From an uncultured Methanomicrobiales archaeon (GTDB lineage: Archaea; Halobacteriota; Methanomicrobia; Methanomicrobiales; Methanospirillaceae), in the NCBI GenBank assembly GCA_963697895.1, contig OY969100.1, positions 640,001 through 704,000 of the forward strand: a stretch of DNA of 64,000 nt, given 5' to 3'. Numbering within the stretch: the first letter of the stretch is position 1; each line of letters starts with the position of its first letter. The notes beneath the pieces are model-generated. The model made no database searches and was not told where the DNA came from. It saw only the letters and a list, made by a program, of their open reading frames with translations. This document shows positions 1 to 10,230 of this stretch, piece by piece. The position numbers were made by a program, and so were the translations under genes.

Positions 1-722
1 AAGACCTCGTCGGCCGAGTACATGTCGTAGTACCCGAGGTTCTGCTCGAGGAGGGTGATGCCGAGCGACTTCGCGAGCTCGAGGACGACCGCACGGGTGA
101 TCCCGCGGAGGTTGTTCAGGGTCGGCGGGGTGAAGATGACCCCGTTCTTGACGATGAAGATGTTGTCGCCGGATCCTTCCGACATGTACCCGTTGGTGTC
201 GAAGAAGATCGCCTCGTCTCCGCCCTTGTAGTTCGCCTCGATCTTCCCGAGGATGTTGTTCAGGTAGTTTAGGCTCTTCACGTTCGGGGGGAGGGCGTCT
301 GCCGGGTTTCTCCGGACCGAGACCGAGATCGCCTTCAGTCCCTTGTCGTACAGGTCGCCGTACATGGCGCCCCATTCGATGGCGATGATGATGACACTCG
401 GCTTCGGGCACTTCCGCGGGTCGAGCCCGAGGTCGCCGACCCCGCGGGTGACGAGCGGACGGATGTACCCGTCCTTTAAGTTGTTCTTCCGGAGCGTCTC
501 CTTGATCGCTTCGGTCATCTCCTCCTTGGAGATCGGCACGGCCAGGTCGATCGTCTTCGCTGAGTCGTAGAGCCGGTCCAGGTGCTCCTGGAGCCGGAAG
601 ACCCTGCCGTTATACGCCCGGATGCCTTCAAAGACACCGTCCCCGTAGAGAAGACCGTGGTCGAAGACCGAGACCTTCGCCTGGTCTTTGTCGTAGAACC
701 TCCCGTCGATGTAAATCTGCAT
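1..722 (-). CDS. ilvE: Branched-chain amino acid aminotransferase (3' end runs off the window)
   Basis: Manual translation from ATG at 722 gives [35 protein letters not shown]...KSLNYLNN...EGSGDNIF, which are class IV aminotransferase motifs. Not in the ORF track because it is truncated. Confidence 0.93.
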   Translation of the reverse strand, partial: MQIYIDGRFYDKDQAKVSVFDHGLLYGDGVFEGIRAYNGRVFRLQEHLDRLYDSAKTIDLAVPISKEEMTEAIKETLRKNNLKDGYIRPLVTRGVGDLGLDPRKCPKPSVIIIAIEWGAMYGDLYDKGLKAISVSVRRNPADALPPNVKSLNYLNNILGKIEANYKGGDEAIFFDTNGYMSEGSGDNIFIVKNGVIFTPPTLNNLRGITRAVVLELAKSLGITLLEQNLGYYDMYSADEV

Positions 723-854
723 GCCCAAGAGATTTGCGCTCATAGTATTTTTTTCCAACGGGTTTTCATGCGGCCGAATGACCGGACGGGCCGTTCATCA
801 TGCGCACAAAGGGTCACCGGGAAAAAGCCGGAGGTCCTGCCGGTTACCGTCTTT

Positions 855-2235
855 TCACGCCATCTTTTCCCGGCACCGGTCTACGAAATGCGCGAACATC
901 GCCCGGCTGCTGACCGGGTGCAGGTGGGTGTAACTCCCGATCGTCCGGTCCCGCATGGCGCCGTCGAACCGGTCGCAGATCCCATACCCCCGGGAGAGGC
1001 AATAGGCATACTCCGTGTCTTTTGCAAGACGCACGTCGGAGTAGTGGAATTCATGCCCCCGGAACCAGGATGCCCCGACCGGGGAGTCCGCACGGCTGTT
1101 CCCCTCGACATAGGTGACCACCCGCCGGGCAGGCATGCGGGTCTCCCCGGAAAATACCCCGCACATATCGTACCGTTTCGCCGTCTCCCTGCCCTGCCAT
1201 CCGGGCTCGAGGATGATCGCATCCGTCAGGTACATCAGCCCCCCGCATTCCGCGTAAACAGGGGTGCCATTCCGCGAGATCTCCCGGACCGCCTCCCGCA
1301 TCCGACCGTTCTTCTCCAGCTCGTCCAGGAAGAGTTCCGGGTATCCCCCGCCGATTATGATACCCGTCGGCGTCGGGCAGCCGGTCATGGACGGGGCTGA
1401 ACGTGATGAACTCAGCGCCGAGTCCCCGGATGGTGTCGAAGAGGTCGGCATAATAAAAGTTGAACGCCTCGTCGAGCGCGATCGCGATCCGGGGAGTCCG
1501 GGAGTGAACGGCGCTCTCCGGGAGAACAGGTAGTTCCGGGGGGACATAATCTCCCGCACAGGAGAGGAGTTTTTCGATGGAGAGGTGCTGGCCGATGAAC
1601 CCGACCACGTCCTCAATCCGGCGGTCGAACTCCCCTCTCCCCGTCCCCTCGAGGTACGGGACCAGCCCGAGGTGGCGCATCGTCAGCTCCATCTCCGGGT
1701 GGCGCGGGATCGCACCGATGACCGGGATTTTGCAATAGTGTTCGACCGCGGTGACCGCCTTGTCGATATGCTGCTTCCCGCTCACGTTATTGAGGATCAC
1801 CCCCCGGATCTTCACCCCGGGATCGAACGCAGAGAATCCCTTGACGATCGCCGCCGCACTCCGGGTGATGCTCCGGGCGCTGACCACCAGGACCACGGGA
1901 AGATCGAGTGCCTTGGCGATCGAAGCCGTGCTCCCGGAATCCGTCAGGGCCTCGGCGCCTTCGAAGAGGCCCCGTACCCCTTCGACGAGCGCGATATCCG
2001 CACCCCGGCAGCCGTGATCGAAGATGGACCGGATATCCTGCGGGGCCATCACGAAACTGTCGAGGTTCCTGCAGGGCCGGCCGGTCACCCCCGTCAGGTA
2101 CGACGGGTCGATATAGTCCATCCCGACCTTGAACGTCTGGACGCTCCGGTCCCGGGAGAGGAGCGCGGCGATCGCGAGGGTGATGCTCGTCTTTCCGCTG
2201 CCGGACCGGTCGCCGGCGATCAGGAGGGTCTTCAT
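855..2235 (-). CDS. cfbB: Ni-sirohydrochlorin a,c-diamide synthase (CbiA/CobB family), one-base frameshift near 1364
   Basis: N-terminal half (GDRSGSGKT, KVGMDYIDP, EGVRGLFEG) is in ORF 1051..2388. The glutaminase half (GGGYPE, AECGGLMYL, GHEFHYS) is in ORF 855..1616. Lies in an operon with cfbA/E/D. Confidence 0.9.
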
Positions 2236-3296
2236 CGCATCGCCCTCAACACGGCGCCGAACTCGCTCTCCTGGATCGACCGGACCCCGAGGGTCTTCGG
2301 GTGGAGGTCGACTTCCACGACCACGTGCCGGTGCCCGAGTTCCCGGAGCGGTTCCACCTGGCGGGGGCCGTTCGTTATGGAGAAACACTCCACCCCGTCG
2401 GTATACCTGGGAGGAATCGCGTGCGGGACCCCGACCAGGAGGGCAAACGCAGGCGCCCGGTCTCTGATCCGCTGGCCGAGGGTATCGCCGAGAGCACCGT
2501 ATTCATCGAGGGCGCCGCAGAGCTCCGGGCAGACTCCCCGCCGGTTCATCTCCTCCGCGATCCGTGCGGCATCCGCCCTCACCTTGGGCAGGCCGCGGGC
2601 TTCACAGTTCGCGATGTACGTGATATCTGCTCCGGGGCAGACATCATGGAGCGCGATCAGTTCGTCGGCGAACATGTAGGCCGTCTCCTTCTTCGCGTTC
2701 AGGATGGCGATCCCCCGTTCCCCGCAACCCGCGACCTCGAGGAGGCGCCGGGCGACGAGATGCTTGAGGTCTCCCCGGGAGGGTTCGATGTACGGCCGGG
2801 ATGCGGCCCCCCGTTCCCGTTCCACCTCGTTTGCCTTTGCAAGGCAGAACTTCTGCCGGTCGAGCTCCTCCTCGCTGATCCACCCGGCATCGGCCGCCGC
2901 CACGAGCGTTGCAATCACCCCTTCGATATTTTCGGGATACCCGGCATGGATATCGACCGCGATCGTGGGCGTGGAGATACCCGCCATCTCGATCGCCGAT
3001 GCCAGGTCCTCCCCGATGATCATCGAGACGCAGGTCCCGACGACCGCCATCCTCCGGGGTGAGAACTCGCGTTCGGCGTAATTGAGGACATCCTCGAGTG
3101 ATCGCTGACCCCCGAAGATAAACTCGTTGTCCGCCAGGGAGGTGGTCAGGACATGCATCCCGTCCTCTTCCAGGAGGCGGGCATGCTTGAACGAGCACCC
3201 GGACGGCCCGTGCAGGATCGCCACATCGACCTCGAGGTCGCGAGCCGTGTACAGAGCGGCAACGATGGAACTCGGGCGGGGCTGCATGTATTTCAT
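2232..3296 (-). CDS. cfbD: Ni-sirohydrochlorin a,c-diamide reductive cyclase catalytic subunit (NifD-like)
   Basis: MQPRPSSIVAALYT, HGPSGC and GTCVSMIIGED motifs; ATGA overlap with cfbB. Alternative start at 3311. Confidence 0.92.
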   Translation of the reverse strand: MKYMQPRPSSIVAALYTARDLEVDVAILHGPSGCSFKHARLLEEDGMHVLTTSLADNEFIFGGQRSLEDVLNYAEREFSPRRMAVVGTCVSMIIGEDLASAIEMAGISTPTIAVDIHAGYPENIEGVIATLVAAADAGWISEEELDRQKFCLAKANEVERERGAASRPYIEPSRGDLKHLVARRLLEVAGCGERGIAILNAKKETAYMFADELIALHDVCPGADITYIANCEARGLPKVRADAARIAEEMNRRGVCPELCGALDEYGALGDTLGQRIRDRAPAFALLVGVPHAIPPRYTDGVECFSITNGPRQVEPLRELGHRHVVVEVDLHPKTLGVRSIQESEFGAVLRAMR

Positions 3297-3301
3297 GGGT
3301 T

Positions 3302-4471
3302 TCACCGCCATGTCTTCACCGCGAGGAGGATGGAACCGGATCGGGTGACCGACCGGGCGATCTCATACCCTTCCCGGAGGTTTGGGACCGGGTGAACTCC
3401 GGGCAGTTCAGGGAGTTCCTCTCCGACAAGGATCACACGGGCGGGCCGGATATTCCGGATCGCAAGATCGATCTCGTCGGCGGGAAATCCTTCGCAGACC
3501 GCGTGCGCTTCCATGCCGATGACCAGGGTCAGTTCTTCTTTACCCGAAAGTTTCCGGGCATATGCCGCGGCATCTTCGGTCGTCCTCCGGTTGGTCCCCG
3601 AGTTCGCATTATCCAGAACCAGGACATCTCCGACGCGGGATGTGGACCACCTCCCCTCCAGCGGGGGGAAGGTCTCCAGCCCGGATGGGTCGATACCGAG
3701 GATACTGGCTGCAGCGGCGGCGAGCAGGAGCGGATCACGGTAAGCCTCGAGGACGAGGAGCGGTGATGAGAACGTCCCCGTCTTCCCGTTCATCCGGTAC
3801 GTGCAGACCCCGTCGGCAGAACGGACAATATCCCCGGGTGCATGAGTGTGCTGACCCCGGGCTTCAACACCCGGGGCGACGAGAAGTTCCTTACATACCT
3901 CTGCCGAACGGATCTTCTCTGCGAGCGCCTGTTTCATACCACCCGCAAAGGAGTAGTCTTCGGCTGAAGTGATGATCCCGAGGGTGCAGGCACCCGTAAG
4001 ACCGAGGGAGACTTCTGCGATACACCATCCGCCCATCTCCCGTGCATACCGGGCCGCCGGAATCAGTGAGGCGGGGGTGATGCTCTTCCGCCAGAGAAGC
4101 CGTTTATCCGGGTAGAGGAACGTTCCTTTAGACGTATGCAGTACTCCCGGACCGTTCATCAGGTGTGCGAGGGCATGGGCGGTGGTGGTCTTTCCCCGGG
4201 CCCCCGTGATCTCGATCAACGTCTCAGGGAGATCTTCCCCGAGGATCCACCGAACCGCCTGGTGGTGGGTGATCCGGGGACCCTCGACCGAGCGAAGGAC
4301 AGGATTTCCGGGATCGAGATGGACGGGGGAGATGACGAGGTCGTACTGCCGTGCGATGGCGGGCTCACCGCCCCGATATACCTCCACGAGGTCCACCCGG
4401 TGGCCCGTCCCGCGGAGGATCCCGGCAAGCTCCTGCCCACCGTGGATCGCGTCAAGCACCAGGATATCCAT
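3302..4471 (-). CDS. cfbE: Coenzyme F430 synthase (Mur ligase-like)
   Basis: LVLDAIHGG, EITGARGKTTT, EVSLG, DNANSGTN and C-terminal VKTWR; cfb operon context. Confidence 0.9.
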   Translation of the reverse strand: MDILVLDAIHGGQELAGILRGTGHRVDLVEVYRGGEPAIARQYDLVISPVHLDPGNPVLRSVEGPRITHHQAVRWILGEDLPETLIEITGARGKTTTAHALAHLMNGPGVLHTSKGTFLYPDKRLLWRKSITPASLIPAARYAREMGGWCIAEVSLGLTGACTLGIITSAEDYSFAGGMKQALAEKIRSAEVCKELLVAPGVEARGQHTHAPGDIVRSADGVCTYRMNGKTGTFSSPLLVLEAYRDPLLLAAAAASILGIDPSGLETFPPLEGRWSTSRVGDVLVLDNANSGTNRRTTEDAAAYARKLSGKEELTLVIGMEAHAVCEGFPADEIDLAIRNIRPARVILVGEELPELPGVHPVPNLREGYEIARSVTRSGSILLAVKTWR

Positions 4472-4479
4472 GGGAGGGT

Positions 4480-4881
4480 TCAGGTGGATGAGAGCGCCTT
4501 CTGTGCATTCTTCACCATCAGTTCCGCCAGGAGCGGGTCGCTCCCGATCGGATCGGCGTAGAGGAGGGGGATAGTACTTCCATTTTTTCCAAACGTCCCT
4601 TTATTATGGCCTTCGGGAAGCCCGATGAGTGCCGGGATGTCTTTTAAGATATGCACCCCCTTTGCAAGAAAGAGCGGCACGACCACGAGGGTATCGATCG
4701 GCTCTTTCCGGAACTCTGCAAGGCTTTCTTCGATAGATGGTGAATTCATATTCATAAAAGCGCATTTCACGATGAAATCCGGGTGTTGCTTTGCGATCAG
4801 CCGGCCGGTTGATTCGACAAGCTCCTTGTTATACGGGAGTTTGCTGCCATGGCCCACCAGTAACATTCCCTTCGTACTCAT
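4480..4881 (-). CDS. cfbA: Sirohydrochlorin nickelochelatase (CbiX-short family)
   Basis: LLVGHGSK and VPLFLAKGVHILKDIP motifs, 133 aa, first gene of the cfb operon. Confidence 0.9.
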   Translation of the reverse strand: MSTKGMLLVGHGSKLPYNKELVESTGRLIAKQHPDFIVKCAFMNMNSPSIEESLAEFRKEPIDTLVVVPLFLAKGVHILKDIPALIGLPEGHNKGTFGKNGSTIPLLYADPIGSDPLLAELMVKNAQKALSST

Positions 4882-4989
4882 ATGCTACTATGTATTACGG
4901 GAGATTTTAAAACTCTTACCAATTCTCCTGAAAAGACAGATATTACACCCGTACCGCGTTCATAACCCCGGCCTTACCCCATTTTTGTT

Positions 4990-5112
4990 ATCCCGGAGAT
5001 CCTTCATACCTCTTCCATCCCGGAGATCCTTCATACCTCTTCCATCCCGGAGATCCTTCATACCTCTTCCATCCCGGAGATCCTTCATACCTCTTCCATC
5101 CCGGAGATCCTT
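4990..5112. repeat. 27-bp perfect tandem repeat, about 4.5 copies
   Basis: Unit ATCCCGGAGATCCTTCATACCTCTTCC at 4990, 5017, 5044 and 5071, with a partial copy at 5098. No spacers. Confidence 0.97.
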
Positions 5113-5332
5113 TATTACCCCTGCATCACTCCTGTTCGATCATCCCTGCTTTCCCTCATAACCTCCGCGTCCTCTCCTTCGTCGGCTCTCCCCCTCATCG
5201 ATGGTTTAGCTGCTCCTATTAACCGGCAGGAATCCGGTTGCATCTTTTTATATCCATGAAAAGTCAAAATTATAGGAATATCATTCTCAGGACGACCGGA
5301 TAGACTATCGGGTGTGGCCAGGGTTTTGAGGC

Positions 5333-6475
5333 ATGGATCACATGGAACAGAATGACCGATTCGGATTGATTATAAATGGCCGCATCATAAGAACGCCGGT
5401 CGCAATCGCATCCATGGCGGGTGTGGTGGATGCCGGGTATGTTCTCGCGCGGGCAAATCATATCGGAGCCGCGTTCATCGGCGGATACTCGATCGACAGG
5501 GAGACGCTTGATGCATCGAAGCTGGTCGCATCGCAGGGCAGGGCAGAATTTCTCTGCGAAGACCCGATAGAGGAACTGGATCGGCAGATCGGAAAGATGA
5601 GCGAAAGCGATCTGGTGACCGGGATCAATCTCCGCGGGAGTTCGCCCGCATCCTACGCACGGGTCGCGGAATCATTCGGCGATGCAGTCGTATACGAGAT
5701 CGATGCCCATTGCCGGCAGCAACCCTTTATCGATGCAGGATCCGGGGAACACCTCCTGAAGCACCCCGGAGCGCTCGTGGAGATCATCAGGGCCTTGAAA
5801 AAGGAGGATGTGACCGTCTCGGTGAAGATGAGGGCAGGGGTCTCCGAGGATGACCGGCTCCTCTCCCGGAAATGCTGGCGTGCCGGGGCCGATATCCTCC
5901 ATATCGACCTTATGGACTTCGGTTCGGCCAGGCTCCGCCAGATACGGAACAGCTCTCCGGTCATCCTTATCGCCAATAACGGAATATACACCTTTGATCG
6001 CATGAAAGAGATGTTCTCCCACGGGGCAGATCTCGTCTCCATCGCCCGGAGGTCCGACGAACGGACGCTGGCCGGTCTCGATGCGGCAATAACCCGGTTT
6101 GCGGACGAGCACGGCTGGTATAATTCACCCAAACAGCTCTGCAGGGGAGGGGACATCCGGGCACTCGCATTCTGCTGCATGCCGGTGAAGAGCTGCCCGC
6201 TGATCCCGACCCTGGAACGGCTGGGTATTTCAAAGGAGGAGTACATGCAGCTGAAATGCGAAGCGGTCCGCGGATCCCCCCTGGAGGAGGGAAAACAGAC
6301 CTGTTTTGGCAGTCTTGCATGGTGCTGCAAAGACTCCTCGCCCTGTATGTTCCGGGATATGACCATCCGGCAGGCGGGGATGACCTCCCGCGAGTACATG
6401 CAGCTCAAGCACCGGTTATCCGACCAGATCATCCACCATATCTTCTATGATCACCCCTCTGACGACGCGTGCTGA
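5333..6475 (+). CDS. Methanogenesis marker protein 9 (dihydrouridine-synthase-like TIM barrel plus Cys-rich C-terminal domain)
   Basis: IASMAG, EIDAHCRQ and SVKMRAG, then a Cys-rich tail CRGGDIRALAFCC...TCFGSLAWCCK. Confidence 0.8.
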   Translation: MDHMEQNDRFGLIINGRIIRTPVAIASMAGVVDAGYVLARANHIGAAFIGGYSIDRETLDASKLVASQGRAEFLCEDPIEELDRQIGKMSESDLVTGINLRGSSPASYARVAESFGDAVVYEIDAHCRQQPFIDAGSGEHLLKHPGALVEIIRALKKEDVTVSVKMRAGVSEDDRLLSRKCWRAGADILHIDLMDFGSARLRQIRNSSPVILIANNGIYTFDRMKEMFSHGADLVSIARRSDERTLAGLDAAITRFADEHGWYNSPKQLCRGGDIRALAFCCMPVKSCPLIPTLERLGISKEEYMQLKCEAVRGSPLEEGKQTCFGSLAWCCKDSSPCMFRDMTIRQAGMTSREYMQLKHRLSDQIIHHIFYDHPSDDAC

Positions 6476-7268
6476 GCGGGCGCAGCTCGCCATGATGCTG
6501 GAAGTCACCGCATTCCCCAAACCCGGCAATGTCGATCGTTGCCACGACTACGAGACCACCTATCTCGAACATTTTCTTGCCTCGACCATCCTGGTCCGGC
6601 CTGCGTTCGAGCGGGCGGAGCGCGAGAAAGGCCATATCGGGGAAAGAATCCGCGAAGCGGTCGCGCTGACCAGTGTTCATGCGGGAGGAAACACCCATTT
6701 CGGGGCGTTCATCCTCCTCGTCCCCCTGGTGATGGGAGAAGATGTTCCCGGCGCCCTCGGGTTAATTGAACGCACCACGGTCGAGGATGCGATCGCATTC
6801 TACCAGGCGTTCGCGGAGACGGAGGTGCGGATACTCGATGAAGACGAGCTCGATGTGCATGATCCCCGTGCGATTGAAACGATAAAACGGCAGAATGTCA
6901 CGCTCCTCGATGTGATGCGCCATTCTGCAGCCAATGATATGGTCGCCCGGGAATGGATCAACGGGTTCGCCCTTACCCGTGCGGGGGTGGACCACCTCAA
7001 GCGTCACGGAAGCGGGCGGGATGCGATCGTCGGAGCGTTCCTCGACCTTCTCGCGACCGAACCGGACACGTTCATCATAAAAAAGCATGGCCGGGATGTC
7101 GCCATGAAAACGATGATGCATGCCCGTGAGGTGATCGAAGGGACCCGCGATCTCGCACTCTTCGACGAGCAGTGCATCCTTGCGGGGGTCAACCCCGGAT
7201 CCATGGCAGATATTATCATCGCCGCTGTCTATATCGCACTGGGTGAGGGCTGGCGATGGGAATCCTGA
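6447..7268 (+). CDS. citG: Triphosphoribosyl-dephospho-CoA synthase (CitG family)
   Basis: EVTAFPKPGNVDR, GGNTHFG and NPGSMADI motifs. Confidence 0.85.
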   Translation: MITPLTTRAERAQLAMMLEVTAFPKPGNVDRCHDYETTYLEHFLASTILVRPAFERAEREKGHIGERIREAVALTSVHAGGNTHFGAFILLVPLVMGEDVPGALGLIERTTVEDAIAFYQAFAETEVRILDEDELDVHDPRAIETIKRQNVTLLDVMRHSAANDMVAREWINGFALTRAGVDHLKRHGSGRDAIVGAFLDLLATEPDTFIIKKHGRDVAMKTMMHAREVIEGTRDLALFDEQCILAGVNPGSMADIIIAAVYIALGEGWRWES

Positions 7269-7831
7269 AAGAAGGAATCACCGAGGTCATCGCCACGACA
7301 CGGGGAAACGCCGCACCCATGGGTATCATTCTCCGGGACGCCGAGGCACGGATGATAGTGTACCGGGAGAGCCACACGGCCGCACGAATCGCCGCGGAGG
7401 GGTGGCTCGTGGCAAATGTTATCTTCGACCCTTTTTTGTACGTGAAAACGGCATTCGGGGATCTCCCCCCGGACTTTTTCACCCGGGAAGAGGCGGGCGG
7501 TTTTGTTTTCGAACGACTGACCGATGCCGAGGCCTGGATTGGATTCCGGGCAGACGTTGAGCGTATCTCTTCCGAGGCGCTCTTCGTACGGCTGCACCCC
7601 GTACACGAGGAGATCTGTCTCCCTGGTATTCACCCCGTAAACCGTGGATTTAACAGCATCATCGAGGCCACTATTCACGCGACCCGCTGGAGGAGGAACC
7701 GTAACCCGGAACTTGCCCGCCTGATCGCGCATCATGCGACAATCGTCCGGAAATGCGGAGGCAAACGGGAATCAGAGGCACTTGCGCTCCTCCTATCGTA
7801 TGTACCCGATCTCCCGGAGAATAAAAAATAA
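7256..7831 (+). CDS. DUF447-family protein
   Basis: EGITEVIATT, NAAPMGI and NRGFNSIIEATIHATR; overlaps citG. Confidence 0.75.
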   Translation: MGILKEGITEVIATTRGNAAPMGIILRDAEARMIVYRESHTAARIAAEGWLVANVIFDPFLYVKTAFGDLPPDFFTREEAGGFVFERLTDAEAWIGFRADVERISSEALFVRLHPVHEEICLPGIHPVNRGFNSIIEATIHATRWRRNRNPELARLIAHHATIVRKCGGKRESEALALLLSYVPDLPENKK

Positions 7832-7840
7832 TCTGTCCAC

Positions 7841-8836
7841 TCAACAGACACGGGGGACGGGGTCCCCGATCGGGGGTTCGATAAACCGTTCACCGCCGGC
7901 GATCGTTTCCATGATTACGTGGGCCCCCCCCGATACGATGCCGATATCCGCCGCGTCACGGCCATACGGATGGGAACGGAGCGCCATGAGAACCGCGGCA
8001 ACATCCCGTTCCGGTACCCCCATGATGACCTTCCCTTCATTGGCGACTTCCAGGGGGTCGATCCCGAGCATTCTCGATGCACTGAGCACGCTCTTCCGGA
8101 TCGGGACTGATTCCTCCGATATCCTGACCGAAACGCAACTTTTTCTCGCCATTTCGTTTATTGCACTCGCGAATCCGCCCCGGGTCGGGTCTTTCATCGC
8201 ATGAACTTCTCCCGCGTTCATTGCCCGTTCCACCAGACCCCAGAGCGGGGAGACATCCGATCGGATCTGTTCGCCGAGGTCGAACCCTTCCCGGTGTGCC
8301 ATAATTGCAATCCCGTGATCGCCGAGTGTACCGTTCACCAGGATATGGTCTCCGGGACAGAGCCCCGCATCCCGGACAACGGTCTCCGCGATACCGATCC
8401 CTGCAGTATTTATCACTATCCCGTCGAGACCTTCCCGTTCGACCACTTTGGTATCCCCGGTGACCAGGTTCGCCCCGCATTCACCGAGGGCAAGGTCCAT
8501 CGAACGGACAATTCTCTCGAGGTCCTCGACGAGAAACCCTTCTTCGATGATCATTCCGCACGAAAGGGCGATCGGACGCCCCCCCATCATCGCAAGATCG
8601 TTTACCGTACCGCAGATCGATATCCTCCCGATATCCCCGCCCGGGAAGAAAATGGGGCGGACCACGTGGGAATCGGTCGTGAACACGATATTCTGTCCGT
8701 TGATCGGAATCACGGCGCCGTCATCCAGGGCCTCGAGGCCGATCCCCCCCGCATTGTTGTGTTCGAGATTGGTCAGGACCCGGAGGAGCTCCCCCATCAC
8801 CTCTCCTCCCGCCCCATGCATCAGGGTCACTTTCAT
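7841..8836 (-). CDS. hypE: [NiFe]-hydrogenase maturation protein HypE
   Basis: HGAGG, TTDSHVV, GTVNDLAM, DPTRGG, ANEGK and C-terminal PRVC. Confidence 0.95.
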   Translation of the reverse strand: MKVTLMHGAGGEVMGELLRVLTNLEHNNAGGIGLEALDDGAVIPINGQNIVFTTDSHVVRPIFFPGGDIGRISICGTVNDLAMMGGRPIALSCGMIIEEGFLVEDLERIVRSMDLALGECGANLVTGDTKVVEREGLDGIVINTAGIGIAETVVRDAGLCPGDHILVNGTLGDHGIAIMAHREGFDLGEQIRSDVSPLWGLVERAMNAGEVHAMKDPTRGGFASAINEMARKSCVSVRISEESVPIRKSVLSASRMLGIDPLEVANEGKVIMGVPERDVAAVLMALRSHPYGRDAADIGIVSGGAHVIMETIAGGERFIEPPIGDPVPRVC

Positions 8837-9174
8837 GACTCGTCCACCTCTATCACCATGTGGGAGACGACGATCTCCCTCCCCTTCACGAGTTCGGGGA
8901 GGGCACCGCATCGCGGGCAGACATGGCATTCATTGCCCTCGTATCCGCAGCCACACCGGGTATGCGGTTCCACCTCCTCGCATTCGAGGCTTGTGTCCCG
9001 GAAGAGGGGATCGGACTCCTTCAGGGTGTCAAAGAGAAACGTGACCTGCTCTGGATTTACCATGGCCATGGCTCCGACTTCCACGCAGATGCGTGTTATC
9101 CGTTGTGCATGGTGTTCGAGGGCCGTCCGGCGTGCCGTCGCGTATATATCGTACGCAATACTGTATTCATGCAT
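8833..9174 (-). CDS. hypA: Hydrogenase nickel metallochaperone HypA
   Basis: Starts MHEYSIA, with CGCG...CPRC zinc ligands. Confidence 0.92.
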   Translation of the reverse strand: MHEYSIAYDIYATARRTALEHHAQRITRICVEVGAMAMVNPEQVTFLFDTLKESDPLFRDTSLECEEVEPHTRCGCGYEGNECHVCPRCGALPELVKGREIVVSHMVIEVDES

Positions 9175-9526
9175 AAACTGGCGTCTTAACCCCCACAATG
9201 AAGATCGGGACCCGGCTGCAGGAAACGCTCATGTTCCGGGACCTCCGTCGGATGTGCCACATTGCTACAGTACATGGGAAACCCGGATACATTAAAGCAT
9301 TCCAAACGAACAATACGGGGGAAATGTTGGTTGGAATACGTACTGGACATCCTGTCGGAATAGGGAGAATGGTGCCGGGCTTTCCCTGGTTCCGGTATTA
9401 TCACGCGGGTGCCAATCCTTCCTTTCTGGACGCTCATTTCCTGTAATTTTCCCGGTTTTCCCCGGGAAGGGCACATGCATCCTCCATTTGCTTAAAATAT
9501 ATTGTTCTCATACCATTCTATCACGA

Positions 9527-10183
9527 ATGTACCCCGGAGTTCTCGAGTTCATCCTCAACATCGATCAGCATCTCGGTCTGATCGTTTCACAATACGGGTT
9601 CTGGACGTACCTGATCCTCTTCATCATTATCATGCTGGAGACGGGACTGGTCATCACCCCCTTCCTCCCCGGGGACTCGCTCCTCTTTGTCGCCGGTGCC
9701 ATGGCGGCTGCGGGAGTTCTCGAACTCCCGTGGCTCATCCTCGTGTTCATTTTGGCAGCGATCATCGGCGACACCCTCAACTACTGGATCGGTAATTTCG
9801 TCGGTCTCCAGGTCGTGCTGAAACGGTACCCGACGCTGATAAAAAAAGAGTATATCACCCGGACGTACGGCTATTTTGAAAAATACGGCGGCAAGACGAT
9901 TTTTTTTGCCCGTTTCATCCCGGTCGTGCGGACGATTGCCCCGTTCCTCGCCGGAGTGGGCTCCATGAATTACCGCCGTTTCCTCATGTACAATGTGATC
10001 GGAGCAGTGGCATGGACATTAACCGTGGTCCTCGCCGGATACCTCCTCGGGCAGTATTCGGTTATACAGGAGAACATCAATCTGCTCATCTACCTGGTGG
10101 TCATCGTCACCATCGGTACGGTCCTGGTCATCATTTACGGCCTCATCCAGGCATACCGGCATCCGGCACCGGAAGAGGAATGA
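9527..10183 (+). CDS. DedA/VTT-family membrane protein
   Basis: ETGLVITPFLPGDSLLF, GDTLNYWIG and ARFIPVVRT motifs. Confidence 0.9.
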   Translation: MYPGVLEFILNIDQHLGLIVSQYGFWTYLILFIIIMLETGLVITPFLPGDSLLFVAGAMAAAGVLELPWLILVFILAAIIGDTLNYWIGNFVGLQVVLKRYPTLIKKEYITRTYGYFEKYGGKTIFFARFIPVVRTIAPFLAGVGSMNYRRFLMYNVIGAVAWTLTVVLAGYLLGQYSVIQENINLLIYLVVIVTIGTVLVIIYGLIQAYRHPAPEEE

Positions 10184-10230
10184 AAAGACCAACGCCGGAT
10201 CGGGGTTTACCGATCCGGAGAAACATGTTT

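Noticed and set aside
1340-1380. Programmed ribosomal frameshift in cfbB and other split genes
   Set aside because: The sites share no slippery heptamer or stimulatory structure, and the indels go in both directions, which fits sequencing error.
4990-5112. 27-bp repeats as a CRISPR array
   Set aside because: The units are directly adjacent with no spacers, and there is no cas operon.
4625-5161. ORF with repeated SRRSFIPLP peptide
   Set aside because: It is antisense to cfbA and stays open only because the 27-bp repeat is a multiple of three.
9186-9480. Small ORFs between hypA and dedA
   Set aside because: Several overlapping short frames with no motif; more likely a divergent promoter region.
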